Assembly (NCBI GenBank): GCA_965247655.1
Contig: OZ252032.1
Location: forward strand, 4,397,414 to 4,461,413
Direction of reading: 5' to 3'
From: Candidatus Poribacteria bacterium
Lineage (GTDB): Bacteria > Poribacteria > WGA-4E > PCPOR2b
Length of the DNA: 64,000 nt
The notes under the pieces are model-generated. The model was not told the DNA's origin. It ran no database searches and saw nothing but the letters and a program-made list of their open reading frames with translations. Each line of letters starts with the position of its first letter. The first letter of the stretch is position 1. This document shows, in pieces, positions 20,257 to 30,349 of this stretch. Both the position numbers and the translations under genes were made by a program.

Positions 20257-20793
20257 TCAGACACTGCCTTCGAGAGGGAAGGAGTGCGCCCACCTCCAGT
20301 ATCCGCTTGAGTTTTCATACAATTCGACAACATCGCAGATCGCATGGATTGGTCCTAAATCCTTCATTCTCGCCAAGAGTTTCGCCTCTGCGATAGCCGA
20401 TAACTCTGCACTCCTGTTCGCAACTGTCAGGTGCGGAACGATCTCGGTGAATTTTCCGCCATAAGGTGGATACTCAGGGAATTCGCGCACAATCGCCTCG
20501 GTGAGCGAAATGAACGGCTCATCGAGTTCGGGTACGAGATAAAGGGATTCGGGAAATCGACCAACTTGCCCAAACCTGAACTCGAACGGTCGAAAAAGTT
20601 GGAATGTTTCGGTGGCTCTAGCGAGATCGCTGTCTGTGAGCAAATCGGGGGATATAAACGGGAAAAGTACTGTGATGTGAGCGGGCATCCCAACTGCAGC
20701 AATTGGATCGTAGCGTTCACGCAGATTCTTTACCCAAGGTTCTGCTTCTGGAACAGGGACACCGAGTGCTGATTGTGGTATGTTGTTTGACAT
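20257..20793 (-). CDS. 2'-5' RNA ligase / 2H phosphoesterase family protein
   Basis: Two HxT motifs: PAHITVLFPF and PHLTVA. Confidence 0.85.
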   Translation of the reverse strand: MSNNIPQSALGVPVPEAEPWVKNLRERYDPIAAVGMPAHITVLFPFISPDLLTDSDLARATETFQLFRPFEFRFGQVGRFPESLYLVPELDEPFISLTEAIVREFPEYPPYGGKFTEIVPHLTVANRSAELSAIAEAKLLARMKDLGPIHAICDVVELYENSSGYWRWAHSFPLEGSV

Positions 20794-21011
20794 ATAGCTG
20801 GTAATTAGATGAAGCGTTGGGTTTCACTCGTATTTCGGAAATTTCAAGTGGCATGAAGCCTCAAAAGCCTTTCTGCTGCATACGATTCTTTATGGATTTC
20901 CGTTCAACCCAACCTACGCGCTGTTGCACTACGCACTCAACACACAACCTCCTCCGATTTTGCATCGAAGGCAATCGCAGATTGGGAAATCTGCGCCACA
21001 ACTCGCTTGCT

Positions 21012-21743
21012 CTATTGCATCGCGTAATCGACTGTCACCACAGAAGTAACCTTCTTGGATATAGACGAGACATCATCGCCGCTTCTCTCGGAAATACTAC
21101 TGGAATCTGCAGAACGCACCCTGAATACTCCCTGACGCGCTGCGCGGAGTGGTCCCAGTTCTACCCCACTACCTTCAGCGAGCGTCTGCGCTCGCATCCG
21201 CGCATCTTTTGTTGCTGCCACCAGTAGATCGCTCTTCAACTCGTTCACTTGCGTGTAATAATAGCGAGGCATTCCCGCCTGTAGGTCTATGCCTTCTCCT
21301 ATTAGGTCGGCAACTATCGTCGATATTTTTGCTATCTTCTGCACATCTCTCGATTTGACCTCGATTTTTTGCGACAGTTCAAATGCCTCCGTCTCACTTG
21401 TTTTGTGTCCCTTTTCTGTCAGCTTCTTGTGCTCATCCACATCAACTGAGAGAATTTTTGTCTGTTGGGCTTCCACGCTATTCTCCTTCAGAAAATCTAA
21501 CACCTTCTCACGATGTCCGGCAAGAACCGAATATGCTTTTGCCATATCTCTATTTCTTGTTTTGACTGTCATGCCCCACATCGCCAAGTCCGATTCGACT
21601 TGGGTTTCGGCATATCCTCTAACCTTGATAATTTGGTGAGACATCCGTATATCCCGCATCGCATCTGTAACGAGATGCGTCGAAATCACAAGACCAAGTG
21701 CGAGCAAGAATCCGAATGGTACAATTGCCTTTGCGTTGTTCAT
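21012..21743 (-). CDS. SIMPL (DUF541) domain protein
   Basis: TM anchor; IKVRGYAE..SDLAMW; ATKDARMRA; LRAARQGVF. Confidence 0.85.
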   Translation of the reverse strand: MNNAKAIVPFGFLLALGLVISTHLVTDAMRDIRMSHQIIKVRGYAETQVESDLAMWGMTVKTRNRDMAKAYSVLAGHREKVLDFLKENSVEAQQTKILSVDVDEHKKLTEKGHKTSETEAFELSQKIEVKSRDVQKIAKISTIVADLIGEGIDLQAGMPRYYYTQVNELKSDLLVAATKDARMRAQTLAEGSGVELGPLRAARQGVFRVRSADSSSISERSGDDVSSISKKVTSVVTVDYAMQ

Positions 21744-21807
21744 GTTCAAATCTCTCCTTATTCTAGTTGATAAAGCCACAACTCCCGACGTCAACTCCAA
21801 CAACGGG

Positions 21808-22257
21808 TTAAACGAAATACTGTCCCTTTTTTGGGTTGGGAAATCGTCCCTCGTCCCAGTCGATAACGTCATAGAACGTCTGAACCTCAGGATCATCGCA
21901 TCCAGAGTAGATGCTGTTCAAAGCCTCTTCAAACATTAAGCGAGAACGCGCTCCATTAGATCCGAGCGACACGGCGAAATCGTTCCACTGACTGATTGTC
22001 TCTAGTGTCACACCGTGCAATCCTAAAAACCACCTCTCAAGGTCCTCATCGGTCAAATGTTTGCATACATTGTCGACAAGTTCATCAGAATCTAGGTCGA
22101 AGAAATACAAGAACAACCCATCCGTTGCACTAGGATTACACAGATACTCCTGATACTCTTCGCCTAAAGTGCCTTCCTGATCTCGCCGAATTTTGTCAAC
22201 AATTCTTGCCAGCCATGTGCAGCCAGCAAGTTGATCATAGGGACTGCGGATATTCAC
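21808..22257 (-). CDS. DUF5069-like protein
   Basis: RSPYDQLAGCTWLARIVDKIR, TFYDVIDWDEGR; GGAGG RBS before GTG 22257. Confidence 0.7.
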   Translation of the reverse strand: MNIRSPYDQLAGCTWLARIVDKIRRDQEGTLGEEYQEYLCNPSATDGLFLYFFDLDSDELVDNVCKHLTDEDLERWFLGLHGVTLETISQWNDFAVSLGSNGARSRLMFEEALNSIYSGCDDPEVQTFYDVIDWDEGRFPNPKKGQYFV

Positions 22258-22344
22258 TGGTCTCCTCCATCTCCTACAAAGCACGTTCAGTCCTTCAATG
22301 AATCGGATAAGCACGCCACCAAAACACTGCATTGCCTTAGTTCG

Positions 22345-23163
22345 TTAGTCCGGCACGGCAAACCGATCAGGCGACAGGTACAGGCGGGGCGCTTTGTGAA
22401 ATCGAACCCCTTCAAACGCGTCCCGTCTGTGAAGGAAGTGCGCGTTATCGTAGATGAGCATATCTCCCATGCGCCAGTTGTGCTGATAGATATGTTCAGG
22501 TCGAAATTGATATGAAAGTAGTTCTTCTTTCAGGGCACGTCCTTCTGCATCGTCCAACCCTTCAAAGCCCCGTGCGCCGGGACCGACGTAAAGAGTTTTG
22601 ACCCCGCTCTCAGGATTTACGAGAATGGCGGGATGGGTGACCTCAATATCCGGAACGCCGTGTGATTTACCCGGGCTGCACAGCACTTTCATATTTTCGA
22701 GACGATCTTTGAGTTCAGGCGGCAAGGATTCGTATCCCATCCGAGTGCTAGTGAAGCTAGTTCCACCACCGGATTCTGGGGCAATAGCGCAGAAAAGAGT
22801 AGATAGGGTAGCGGGGTTTTTCTGATACGCCTGATCCGAGTGCCAGCCGCTGTCCGTTTTGTCAATAAAATTTCCTTTGATGAGCGTTCCGTCGAGGCTA
22901 TTGATATTCGCAAGGTAGACGATTGACTTGAAACCGGGACTGTGGTTGTCTTTGGCTGCGGGCGGTTCCTCGACTGGACCGAGTGCCGCACTCAGTCGGT
23001 AGATGTCTTCGTCGTGCAGGGACTGTCGGCGAAAAAGCAGGAGTGCGTGCTTGTGAACAGCAGATAGAATTGCTTCCGCCATACTCCCATCGATCTGCGT
23101 CAAATCTACGTCGAGGATTTCGGCACCAATGTTCTCTGATAATGGTCTAGTATGAAAGTGCAT
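22345..23163 (-). CDS. TauD/TfdA family 2-oxoglutarate dioxygenase
   Basis: GAEILDVDL, WHSDQAY, GGTSF, WRMGDMLIYDNAHFLHRR. Confidence 0.92.
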   Translation of the reverse strand: MHFHTRPLSENIGAEILDVDLTQIDGSMAEAILSAVHKHALLLFRRQSLHDEDIYRLSAALGPVEEPPAAKDNHSPGFKSIVYLANINSLDGTLIKGNFIDKTDSGWHSDQAYQKNPATLSTLFCAIAPESGGGTSFTSTRMGYESLPPELKDRLENMKVLCSPGKSHGVPDIEVTHPAILVNPESGVKTLYVGPGARGFEGLDDAEGRALKEELLSYQFRPEHIYQHNWRMGDMLIYDNAHFLHRRDAFEGVRFHKAPRLYLSPDRFAVPD

Positions 23164-23251
23164 AGTGGTTTGTTCTTCACTAGCCGATGAGAAATTACTT
23201 TTTTAGCGGTGTGAATCAGCCATAACCACAGGATTTTCACGCCGAATCCCC

Positions 23252-23608
23252 TTAACAAGTTTCGATGGCGTAACCATCTCGTTTCCACCAGTCCAAGCCT
23301 CCCATAAGCTCCTTCACACGAAATCCTAACCGTGCCATATTAAGTGCGCCCTTCGTTGACGCATTGCAGCCGATACCGTCGCAGTATGTCACATAAAGTG
23401 TCTCTCGATCCAGATCTGCTGTTGAATCCGTGTTCATATTCCGATGTGGGAAGTTGATTGCGCCCGGAATATGCCCTTCCGCGAATGCTTCTGGGGATCA
23501 GGCATCAATTACGACGACTCGATCGCCATTCTGGATTGCTTCATTGAGGTCCCAAGAGTCCGTTTCGTATTTTAATTTATCTTCGTAGTGTTGAATTTGG
23601 CTCTTCAT
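23252..23608 (-). pseudogene. Rhodanese-domain gene with in-frame TGA
   Basis: MKSQIQHY..VIDA*SPEAFAEGHIPGAINFP..YCDGIGCNASTKGA; TGA at 23498-23500 where DxR expects Arg. Confidence 0.82.
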
Positions 23609-23736
23609 TTCTTTGCTTCCGTTGCCTAACGTATGGTTATGAAGAGAAGTTCTGGCATAACCCGCAATTAGACGGTATTTTTCTGTTTGATAATTACAAC
23701 ACAGTCACCTTCTACAGACATGCCGCCTCTCTGGGG

Positions 23737-23865
23737 CTAAATGTGCCCTGCCGTGACCAAAAGTTTGCATACCTCGGCATCTCCCCATGTTGCTGTGAAT
23801 AGGTCGAGATCGTCAACCGTGCATAGGCGAAGGAGAAGTCGTTCGGTCTGCAATGTTGCGTTCAT
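23737..23865 (-). pseudogene. RimJ/RimL GNAT acetyltransferase 5' fragment
   Basis: MNATLQTERLLLRLCTVDDLD..; ends at a degenerate REP (gccgcctctctggggct). Confidence 0.6.
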
Positions 23866-24041
23866 GACTTGCCATAGTTATGTTTCTGCTGCATGTATTT
23901 CTGAAATCAGGCTCAACACCCCAATTCAGAAAACCACTGATAATTATAGTACCACAGCACGGCTCAGTCAAGTATATACTTGGGCATTTTCCGGGAGTTT
24001 GTTTTGCAGAAAAGTCACCTTGAATGTGTCAATCCTTATTT

Positions 24042-24174
24042 TAACCTAAGTTCCTAGTTGCGTTACAATACGACACACACGTCGTCCCGCCCCCGATCCC
24101 GCGAAGCGAGGATGCACGGAATGGCATAAGGTCGGGATTCAAAGCAATATGCCTACTACTAGCAACTCGGGTTA
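24042..24174. mobile_element. MITE-like element with 16-bp imperfect TIRs
   Basis: taacctaagttcctag / ctagcaactcgggtta (13/16 match) enclosing a repeat also seen at ~31660-31770. Confidence 0.5.
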
Positions 24175-26163
24175 TTTTATAAGCCACGCTGCGATATCTG
24201 CCTCGGATACTGTTTCTGTCTCCACGCGCAACCGATTCGCAGCACCAACGGCTCGATAAACATCCGCGATCCAATCTGTCTGAAAGATGTTGCCGGTATT
24301 GTGGATAAGTAGATGGCGCGGTGCGACGAGGGTCCCTGCCGTGCGAAAGTCGCCGACACGTCGAATGCCCGGAATAGGGAGGGTCTGGAGGTATGCCGCG
24401 TCGTTATCGCTATCGAACCCGTTCGCATCGACAACGGTGTAGGCGACATCGGCAAATCCGGCGGCGAGGAGGCACCACAAACCCGCTTCCCCAAGCCCGA
24501 TCAGGTTAAGGCTTGACATCGCTGCTTGGGATTTCAGATATGTCAGCGCAGTCAAAATGTCCTGAACCCGCAGGGCGGCATCGGTGCGATTGTAGGTCGT
24601 AAAGTGTCTGTTACTAGTATCCCGTATCACTTTTCCGTCCGCGGCACTGTGCGCACCGGTCAGAAACAGATCTACCCCCAAGACCGACTCCCCGGCGGCG
24701 AGGAGATCCGCCACCAAACGTGTCGGTTGGTCTGTCTTAGAGTTGATTAGATTCATCGCCCCTTGGGGGTGGACAATTAGCGTCGCTGAACCGTTCTCTG
24801 CCCCTGGTTTGGGTGTCAAGAACAGTGCAGGGAGTCGATCGTTTCCACCAATTAGAAAGGGTTGAGCGGTAAAATCGTTCCCTTCAACGGGGTTCGGGCG
24901 GGTCAAGTCGGGGATAGAGATTGCGAGCGAACGCCGGAGCGCGGCTCCCATCTCCTCACGGAATTGCTCAAGTGATGCTGCGTTGGTCGGCTTACGTGCT
25001 GCTAGTTGCTCCTCGGCACTTTCGATCCATGAACGGGTGAGTCCTTCTGCATCAAGCGCGTGTTCGGGCAGCTCTCGGTTATGAAAAACCAGCAGGTCTT
25101 CGTCCCTCTCTATCTCAAAGGGCACCTCTTTGAATTTTGTGGCGTCATCTTCGCCCAGAAACCATTTGCCGAACCAAGCGTAGACCGCCTCACGGCTGTC
25201 TTTGTTGTAGTTATGATCTGCATCGATCTGCACTTGATGCACCTTGTCCTCCACGTCGAAATGTGCGTAGATACTGCGAATCGCCGGGTATTCGACGGTG
25301 GGCGTATTCTTCGTCCAATCCCCCGTCGCGGAAACGAGTAACAGGGGCTTGGGTGCCATCAGGGCACCGATTTCGATGTTGCTGATGTTCAGTCGTAGGT
25401 TCGGTGCGTTCTCACAGAGGCAACCGCCCTGCATGTGCGCGGAGATCATGTTGACCGGCGCGGACACTTTGATCCGATCATCAACCGCTGTGAGCATGAA
25501 CGTCTGTGTCCCCCCACCTGATGCACCGGTACAGCCAATCCGATCGGTATCGACATCGGGCAGCGTTTCTAGGAAATCAACGGTTCGGATAGCGTTCCAC
25601 AACTGAAGTGCCATTAGGCTCAAGCCCCAGAGTGCTTCGCGTTCTCCACCGTACGCGTGGTCGATCTGCTCCCCGCTGTCGCAGCGTCCGACCATGTCAT
25701 ACGAAAAGATCACGTAGCCCTGTTTGGCAAAGTTGATACAACGTCCGGGCACCGAACCGGCTTCGCTGTTCTCCAGCCGTCCTCTGCCCCAGTGCCCGTG
25801 CGGACTGACAATCCCCGGAAACGGTCCTTTCCTCCCTTTCGGGCGGTAGAGGTTTCCGGTCGTGAAAAAACCGGGATAGGCTTCAAAATAGACCTTCTCG
25901 ACGGTGTAATCTTCGCGTTCAATCCGCCCGAAGACGTGAGCGTTCAGCGGTGTTTTTTCGGGCATCGGGGTCAATCCGTTGCTGACCAAAATATGTTCCC
26001 GAAGTTCTGCCGCTTTCGCCGTCCATTCGGCTTTGGTATAGCCGGGAAACGTGTAGAGTGTACTGACATTTCGGGTTTGATAGACCCGCGTATCGTTCAC
26101 CGTTTGAGAGACGCCAGTGAATAGATTAGCGAGTTCGCCGCGATGTCGATCGGTGTTTGACAT
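24172..26163 (-). CDS. Tandem alpha/beta hydrolase (acetyl xylan esterase-like)
   Basis: SPHGHW, GCTGASGGGTQT, GGCLCEN; degenerate second hydrolase domain. Confidence 0.85.
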   Translation of the reverse strand: MSNTDRHRGELANLFTGVSQTVNDTRVYQTRNVSTLYTFPGYTKAEWTAKAAELREHILVSNGLTPMPEKTPLNAHVFGRIEREDYTVEKVYFEAYPGFFTTGNLYRPKGRKGPFPGIVSPHGHWGRGRLENSEAGSVPGRCINFAKQGYVIFSYDMVGRCDSGEQIDHAYGGEREALWGLSLMALQLWNAIRTVDFLETLPDVDTDRIGCTGASGGGTQTFMLTAVDDRIKVSAPVNMISAHMQGGCLCENAPNLRLNISNIEIGALMAPKPLLLVSATGDWTKNTPTVEYPAIRSIYAHFDVEDKVHQVQIDADHNYNKDSREAVYAWFGKWFLGEDDATKFKEVPFEIERDEDLLVFHNRELPEHALDAEGLTRSWIESAEEQLAARKPTNAASLEQFREEMGAALRRSLAISIPDLTRPNPVEGNDFTAQPFLIGGNDRLPALFLTPKPGAENGSATLIVHPQGAMNLINSKTDQPTRLVADLLAAGESVLGVDLFLTGAHSAADGKVIRDTSNRHFTTYNRTDAALRVQDILTALTYLKSQAAMSSLNLIGLGEAGLWCLLAAGFADVAYTVVDANGFDSDNDAAYLQTLPIPGIRRVGDFRTAGTLVAPRHLLIHNTGNIFQTDWIADVYRAVGAANRLRVETETVSEADIAAWLIK

Positions 26164-26315
26164 GTCTTTCTCCATAGGTGTTGATTTCAAGAATCAGTTA
26201 ATTATAGTAGATTTTAGAATTAATTAGACACTCCCAATATACAGCTAACCCCCTAAATCCCCCTTATCAAGGGGACTTTGGAAACTTCGGAAAGACCCAA
26301 ATTATTAGCAAATGT

Positions 26316-28298
26316 TTACTTATTTATAGACTTCACCATACTATCAATTTGAGCGATGGCGTAAGGGAGCAGGTCTAGTTCAAGCGTTCCTTCAGCGTCC
26401 CCCACAAACTCACCGGTTTCTGCACGGAAGGCTTCGGGCGATGCCATTGCGGATTGTGCGTTGGTTTCGTCCAAGTGGCGAACCCGGACGGTCCCCGTCA
26501 AGTTCCTCACCCTGACCTGTTGCGAGCCAGAGGTCAAGTTCGCAAGCAGCGTCCGCGTTTTTCCGTTCTTGCGAAGTACAATCCCCTCCACCTTCAACGG
26601 ATCGCTCGATTTTGAGACCAAGACCTCTCCCCCGGCAAATTCGCCTACGTCAGCAAGGACGTGATAGAGCGGAAAGACCGTGCCGGGGAGGGAACGAAAT
26701 TTCTCCGGCAACGGCGAACCACCTACTCTCTCCATCACGCCGCGCCATCCGGTTGTTTCGTAGTAGGTCACACTCGATGAATCGCTTTCCGATAGATATT
26801 TGATGCTGCCGAGCGTCCAGCCTGCTCCAAATAGTGACATCTGCCGTATGTCAACTTGTGCTGGCAATTCGCCCGGCGCGGGTTCAGGCTCAGGTCCGGT
26901 GGCATTGGGATTGAAGCGTGCCAAGAGCGTGACGGGCGTAACCGCGATGGGTAGTCCGTTCGCGAATTGCTGGGTGCTTTCAACGGTCGTCGCTTGTGCT
27001 TCCAATGTCTCCATCAACGAAGAATTGTCAAAGGCGTGCACCTGCGGATTGATCGAATAGCAGACGAGGTCTAGCACCTCCACAGGGGGACGCCCACGAT
27101 TGAGGTCGGTAAAATACGCGTTGGTGCCAGCTCCAATCTTTGCGTCGGAGAGGTAAGACCGCGCTTGGGCAACCCATTGGGCTGAGGTGGAAGCCTCCGT
27201 TTTGTGGAAGATAAGGTATGCTCCAACCGGTGGTTTCAAACGATCGACCACTTCCGCGAAGGCGCGTAATTCCTCCGCTGCTGCATCGGTTAGAAAAAGG
27301 GCAACTTCAAGTGATACCCCCAACGCTTTCGCTTCGTCGGTCGCTCGATGCAATACGGATTCATAATCGGGTTGCGTCAGATCGACATCCACACGCAGAT
27401 GTGAAAGGTTGAGCGGCTTAAGCCGTTCCAACCCCTCCGTGTTGAGCGGCTCTCCGTGCGAGGCAACACCCAACCCAATTCGGGGGAGCGGTCGAGGATC
27501 GCCGGACGAGATTTCCAAGGTGAGTGGTTGAACCGTTGTGTCTTGCGTCTCGGTACTTGACTCACGCTGTGTTTTGAGGGCTAAGGTAATCCGTTGGGAA
27601 ATTTTCGTACCGGCAGGGACTTCCACCGGGAAGGGTTGGCTCAACGGTGTCCCGTAGGTCTTGTAGGAGGCATCGGTCCAATTGCGTTGATCTTCCATCT
27701 CGAAGATCTCGCCATCGAATCGCACCTCTGCCTCAACACCAGAGGTAACCTCGTACCTGACCGCTCGCATATTGTTAAACGGTGCGACCGGCTTAATCTC
27801 GCCATCGATCAGAAGTTGAGGGGCAATAGTAATTGGGAAGGCACTCTCTTCAACCGCCCCGTCTACCTTCTCAATACGGCAAGGGACGCCTGCACAGCCC
27901 ATCGGGTGCAGCACACAGAAACCGATGCGATTGCGACGGAAGGTCGACCGTGCTTCCCCGTCCATCGAGAAGGTGATGGTCCCATTTGCATCCCCCGTGA
28001 TTGTCCCCTGCCAGAAAAAATCGACATCAGCACCCTTGTTTTTCACATCGTAGGTGATGCGAAAGGCGTCACCGTCGTGTTCGATTTGAACGTTTGAGAG
28101 TTGGAGGAGTACCGTGTCCCAATTGTGATCGCGGACAGCGACATAGATACGGCGGAGAATCTCGTGGTCGCCGAACCGAATGTAGCGCAGGTCTCCCGCT
28201 TCAAAGATCATAGATAAGGAACCTGCACGGAGTTGTGTCTGCTCTGGCAGTGGTTCATCTTTTCCGCAATGTAACACGCTGAGTGGCAGTTGGCTCAT
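26316..28298 (-). CDS. Conserved protein resembling the D-apionate lactonase (ApnL) family
   Basis: VAVRDHNWDT, NRIGFCVLHP, FEMEDQRNWTDASYKTY, NPQVHAFD; family assignment from memory. Confidence 0.5.
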   Translation of the reverse strand: MSQLPLSVLHCGKDEPLPEQTQLRAGSLSMIFEAGDLRYIRFGDHEILRRIYVAVRDHNWDTVLLQLSNVQIEHDGDAFRITYDVKNKGADVDFFWQGTITGDANGTITFSMDGEARSTFRRNRIGFCVLHPMGCAGVPCRIEKVDGAVEESAFPITIAPQLLIDGEIKPVAPFNNMRAVRYEVTSGVEAEVRFDGEIFEMEDQRNWTDASYKTYGTPLSQPFPVEVPAGTKISQRITLALKTQRESSTETQDTTVQPLTLEISSGDPRPLPRIGLGVASHGEPLNTEGLERLKPLNLSHLRVDVDLTQPDYESVLHRATDEAKALGVSLEVALFLTDAAAEELRAFAEVVDRLKPPVGAYLIFHKTEASTSAQWVAQARSYLSDAKIGAGTNAYFTDLNRGRPPVEVLDLVCYSINPQVHAFDNSSLMETLEAQATTVESTQQFANGLPIAVTPVTLLARFNPNATGPEPEPAPGELPAQVDIRQMSLFGAGWTLGSIKYLSESDSSSVTYYETTGWRGVMERVGGSPLPEKFRSLPGTVFPLYHVLADVGEFAGGEVLVSKSSDPLKVEGIVLRKNGKTRTLLANLTSGSQQVRVRNLTGTVRVRHLDETNAQSAMASPEAFRAETGEFVGDAEGTLELDLLPYAIAQIDSMVKSINK

Positions 28299-28430
28299 AT
28301 TTACAATCCCTTCCCGATTGAAACAGCATTTTGTCGAGATATAAATCTCGACCTACGGGGTCTTTTGGCTGCTGAACATTTGGATAATTGAGGGTTCTTT
28401 CGTTCTCCATTTCTCTCATGCTGCCCCTGT

Positions 28431-29465
28431 TCACGCCCCGTATCGGCGCAATTTTTCTTGAAAGCGTGGGTTGTCCAACGCATCGCGGTTCACTACGTTT
28501 TTTGGAACCCGTCCCGCTGCGACATCTAAGATGCTTTCGCACGCACTGCGTCCATTGCCGAGGAAGCACTCGTCCGTCCAGCAGATGCCGTGCGGCGTGA
28601 CGATGACGTTATCTAGCGTTAAGATGGGATCGTTGGGATCTACCGGCTCCTGTTCAAACACATCAAGAGCTGCCCCTTGAATGCACCGTTCACGCAATGC
28701 AACGGTGAGCGCAGCCTGATCGACGATGGGACCGCGAGCAGCGTTGATTAGATAAGCGGTCTCCTTCATCAGTGCGAGTCGCTCCGTGTTAATCAGGTGG
28801 TGCGTCTCTGAGGTCAGGGCGCAACAGATGGAGACGAAGTCCGATCTGCGGAGCAAGGTCTCTAAATCAACCAATTCCACCCCCGCAGCGTTCGCCTGCT
28901 CCGGCGTTAAGTAGGGGTCATACGCCAGATGACGCATCCCAAACGGTTGGGCAAGTTTGAACACTTCACGCCCGATATTGCCCAGTCCGACCAAGCCAAG
29001 TGTCCGTCCGGTAACCCCCATCCCCATATAGTCCAGTTTCTCGCCCCAACGTCCGTCGCGGGTGAGGCGGTCCTTAATCAGCAACTTCTGGCTGAGTGCC
29101 AAGATGAAGGTGATGACGGCCGCTGCCACAGGGCGGCGCACACCGTCGGGTGTGATGGTCAATAGGACACCGTTTTGGGTGCAGGCGTCCACATCCACAG
29201 CGTCGTATCCAACGCCGAACCGCGCTAAAATTGTCAGACGGTCAACGTCTTCCAAGGTGTCGGTAGTTATTGATGGTCCCAGTACCAGCAAGGCATCATA
29301 ATCTTGCACCTGATCACGGCGCAACGTCGGTGTATTTTCCGCTAAGATCTCCCACTCCACCCCTGCAGCGTCGTCCAGCAGACTCAAACCGATGTCGCCG
29401 AACCCAATTGTTCCGTCCGGTTTCAGGATGTCGCGGGTGAGTCCCACGCGAAATGCTTGGCTCAT
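28431..29465 (-). CDS. D-isomer-specific 2-hydroxyacid dehydrogenase
   Basis: GVGYDAVD, GLVGLGNIG, INAARGPIVD, LDVFEQEP, TPH. Confidence 0.93.
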   Translation of the reverse strand: MSQAFRVGLTRDILKPDGTIGFGDIGLSLLDDAAGVEWEILAENTPTLRRDQVQDYDALLVLGPSITTDTLEDVDRLTILARFGVGYDAVDVDACTQNGVLLTITPDGVRRPVAAAVITFILALSQKLLIKDRLTRDGRWGEKLDYMGMGVTGRTLGLVGLGNIGREVFKLAQPFGMRHLAYDPYLTPEQANAAGVELVDLETLLRRSDFVSICCALTSETHHLINTERLALMKETAYLINAARGPIVDQAALTVALRERCIQGAALDVFEQEPVDPNDPILTLDNVIVTPHGICWTDECFLGNGRSACESILDVAAGRVPKNVVNRDALDNPRFQEKLRRYGA

Positions 29466-29666
29466 AAAATTTTCCCTTTCGTGAAATGTAAAAGTGAAAC
29501 GTAAAACGTGAAAACCATTTGTTCATCGGTCAATTAGTTCATTAATGTACCAGTGAGCCAATGCACTCCTGAACCACTTTTGGTTGACAACCCCTGAGTG
29601 TGTAGCATAAAATTAAGATGTGGTTTGATAGAGACTCGCTCAATCTTTCAAAGGCGGTATGCAAAG

Positions 29667-30296
29667 ATGTCAGAAACATCGCATTTTGAACAGTTCAAAA
29701 AGACGTTCGATGCCTATTTTTTAAAGTGGTGGAAAGTTGCTAGCGTTTTAATGCTACTCGTTTATCTACTCGCTTTTGGTCTGTACACAATCGGGATTCT
29801 CAACAAACACTTAGACATAGCCCTTCCGTCGTTTCTGCGTGCGATAGTCACTTTTGAATATTGGTCTTGGATGAATGACATGGTAGTTGAAGCAATCGGC
29901 ATCGGCTTTATCTCCGTTGGTGCATTGACCGTCGGCGTAGTTTCTATCGGTGCATGCTCCGTCGGTGTAATTTCTATGGGAGCTTTCTCTGTCGGTATCG
30001 TTGCGGTCGGTGCGTTTTCTATCGGTATTTTTGCGTTTGGTGGCAATTCTTTCGGGGTCATCGCCATCGGAGCAGGTACACGCCATGGGTACGAGGTCGG
30101 TCCTAGGGGACGGTTCGATATCGGTAGAGCGGTTGGTGTGATCGCTATCGGTCCTGAAGCCCACGGTGTCTACACATTATCCTATACGGGCAGAGGTGTC
30201 TATACGCTCTCACCGGATCACCAAGATGCCGACGCGGTCACGTTGTTTACACGATGGATGCCGAAGTTCAAGGGGGCATTGTCTCCTGCTTCCTAG
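29667..30296 (+). CDS. Membrane protein with xx(S/A)(I/V)G pentapeptide repeats
   Basis: About 12 tandem 5-residue units, AIGIG FISVG..VIAIG. Confidence 0.7.
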   Translation: MSETSHFEQFKKTFDAYFLKWWKVASVLMLLVYLLAFGLYTIGILNKHLDIALPSFLRAIVTFEYWSWMNDMVVEAIGIGFISVGALTVGVVSIGACSVGVISMGAFSVGIVAVGAFSIGIFAFGGNSFGVIAIGAGTRHGYEVGPRGRFDIGRAVGVIAIGPEAHGVYTLSYTGRGVYTLSPDHQDADAVTLFTRWMPKFKGALSPAS

Positions 30297-30349
30297 GATA
30301 GCATTCGGTATAATGTGCATCCCGGTCTGCCTTCTAATAAACCAACGGC

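Noticed and set aside
23498-23500. In-frame TGA in rhodanese as selenocysteine
   Set aside because: Position matches the Arg of DxR (CGA>TGA), not the catalytic Cys
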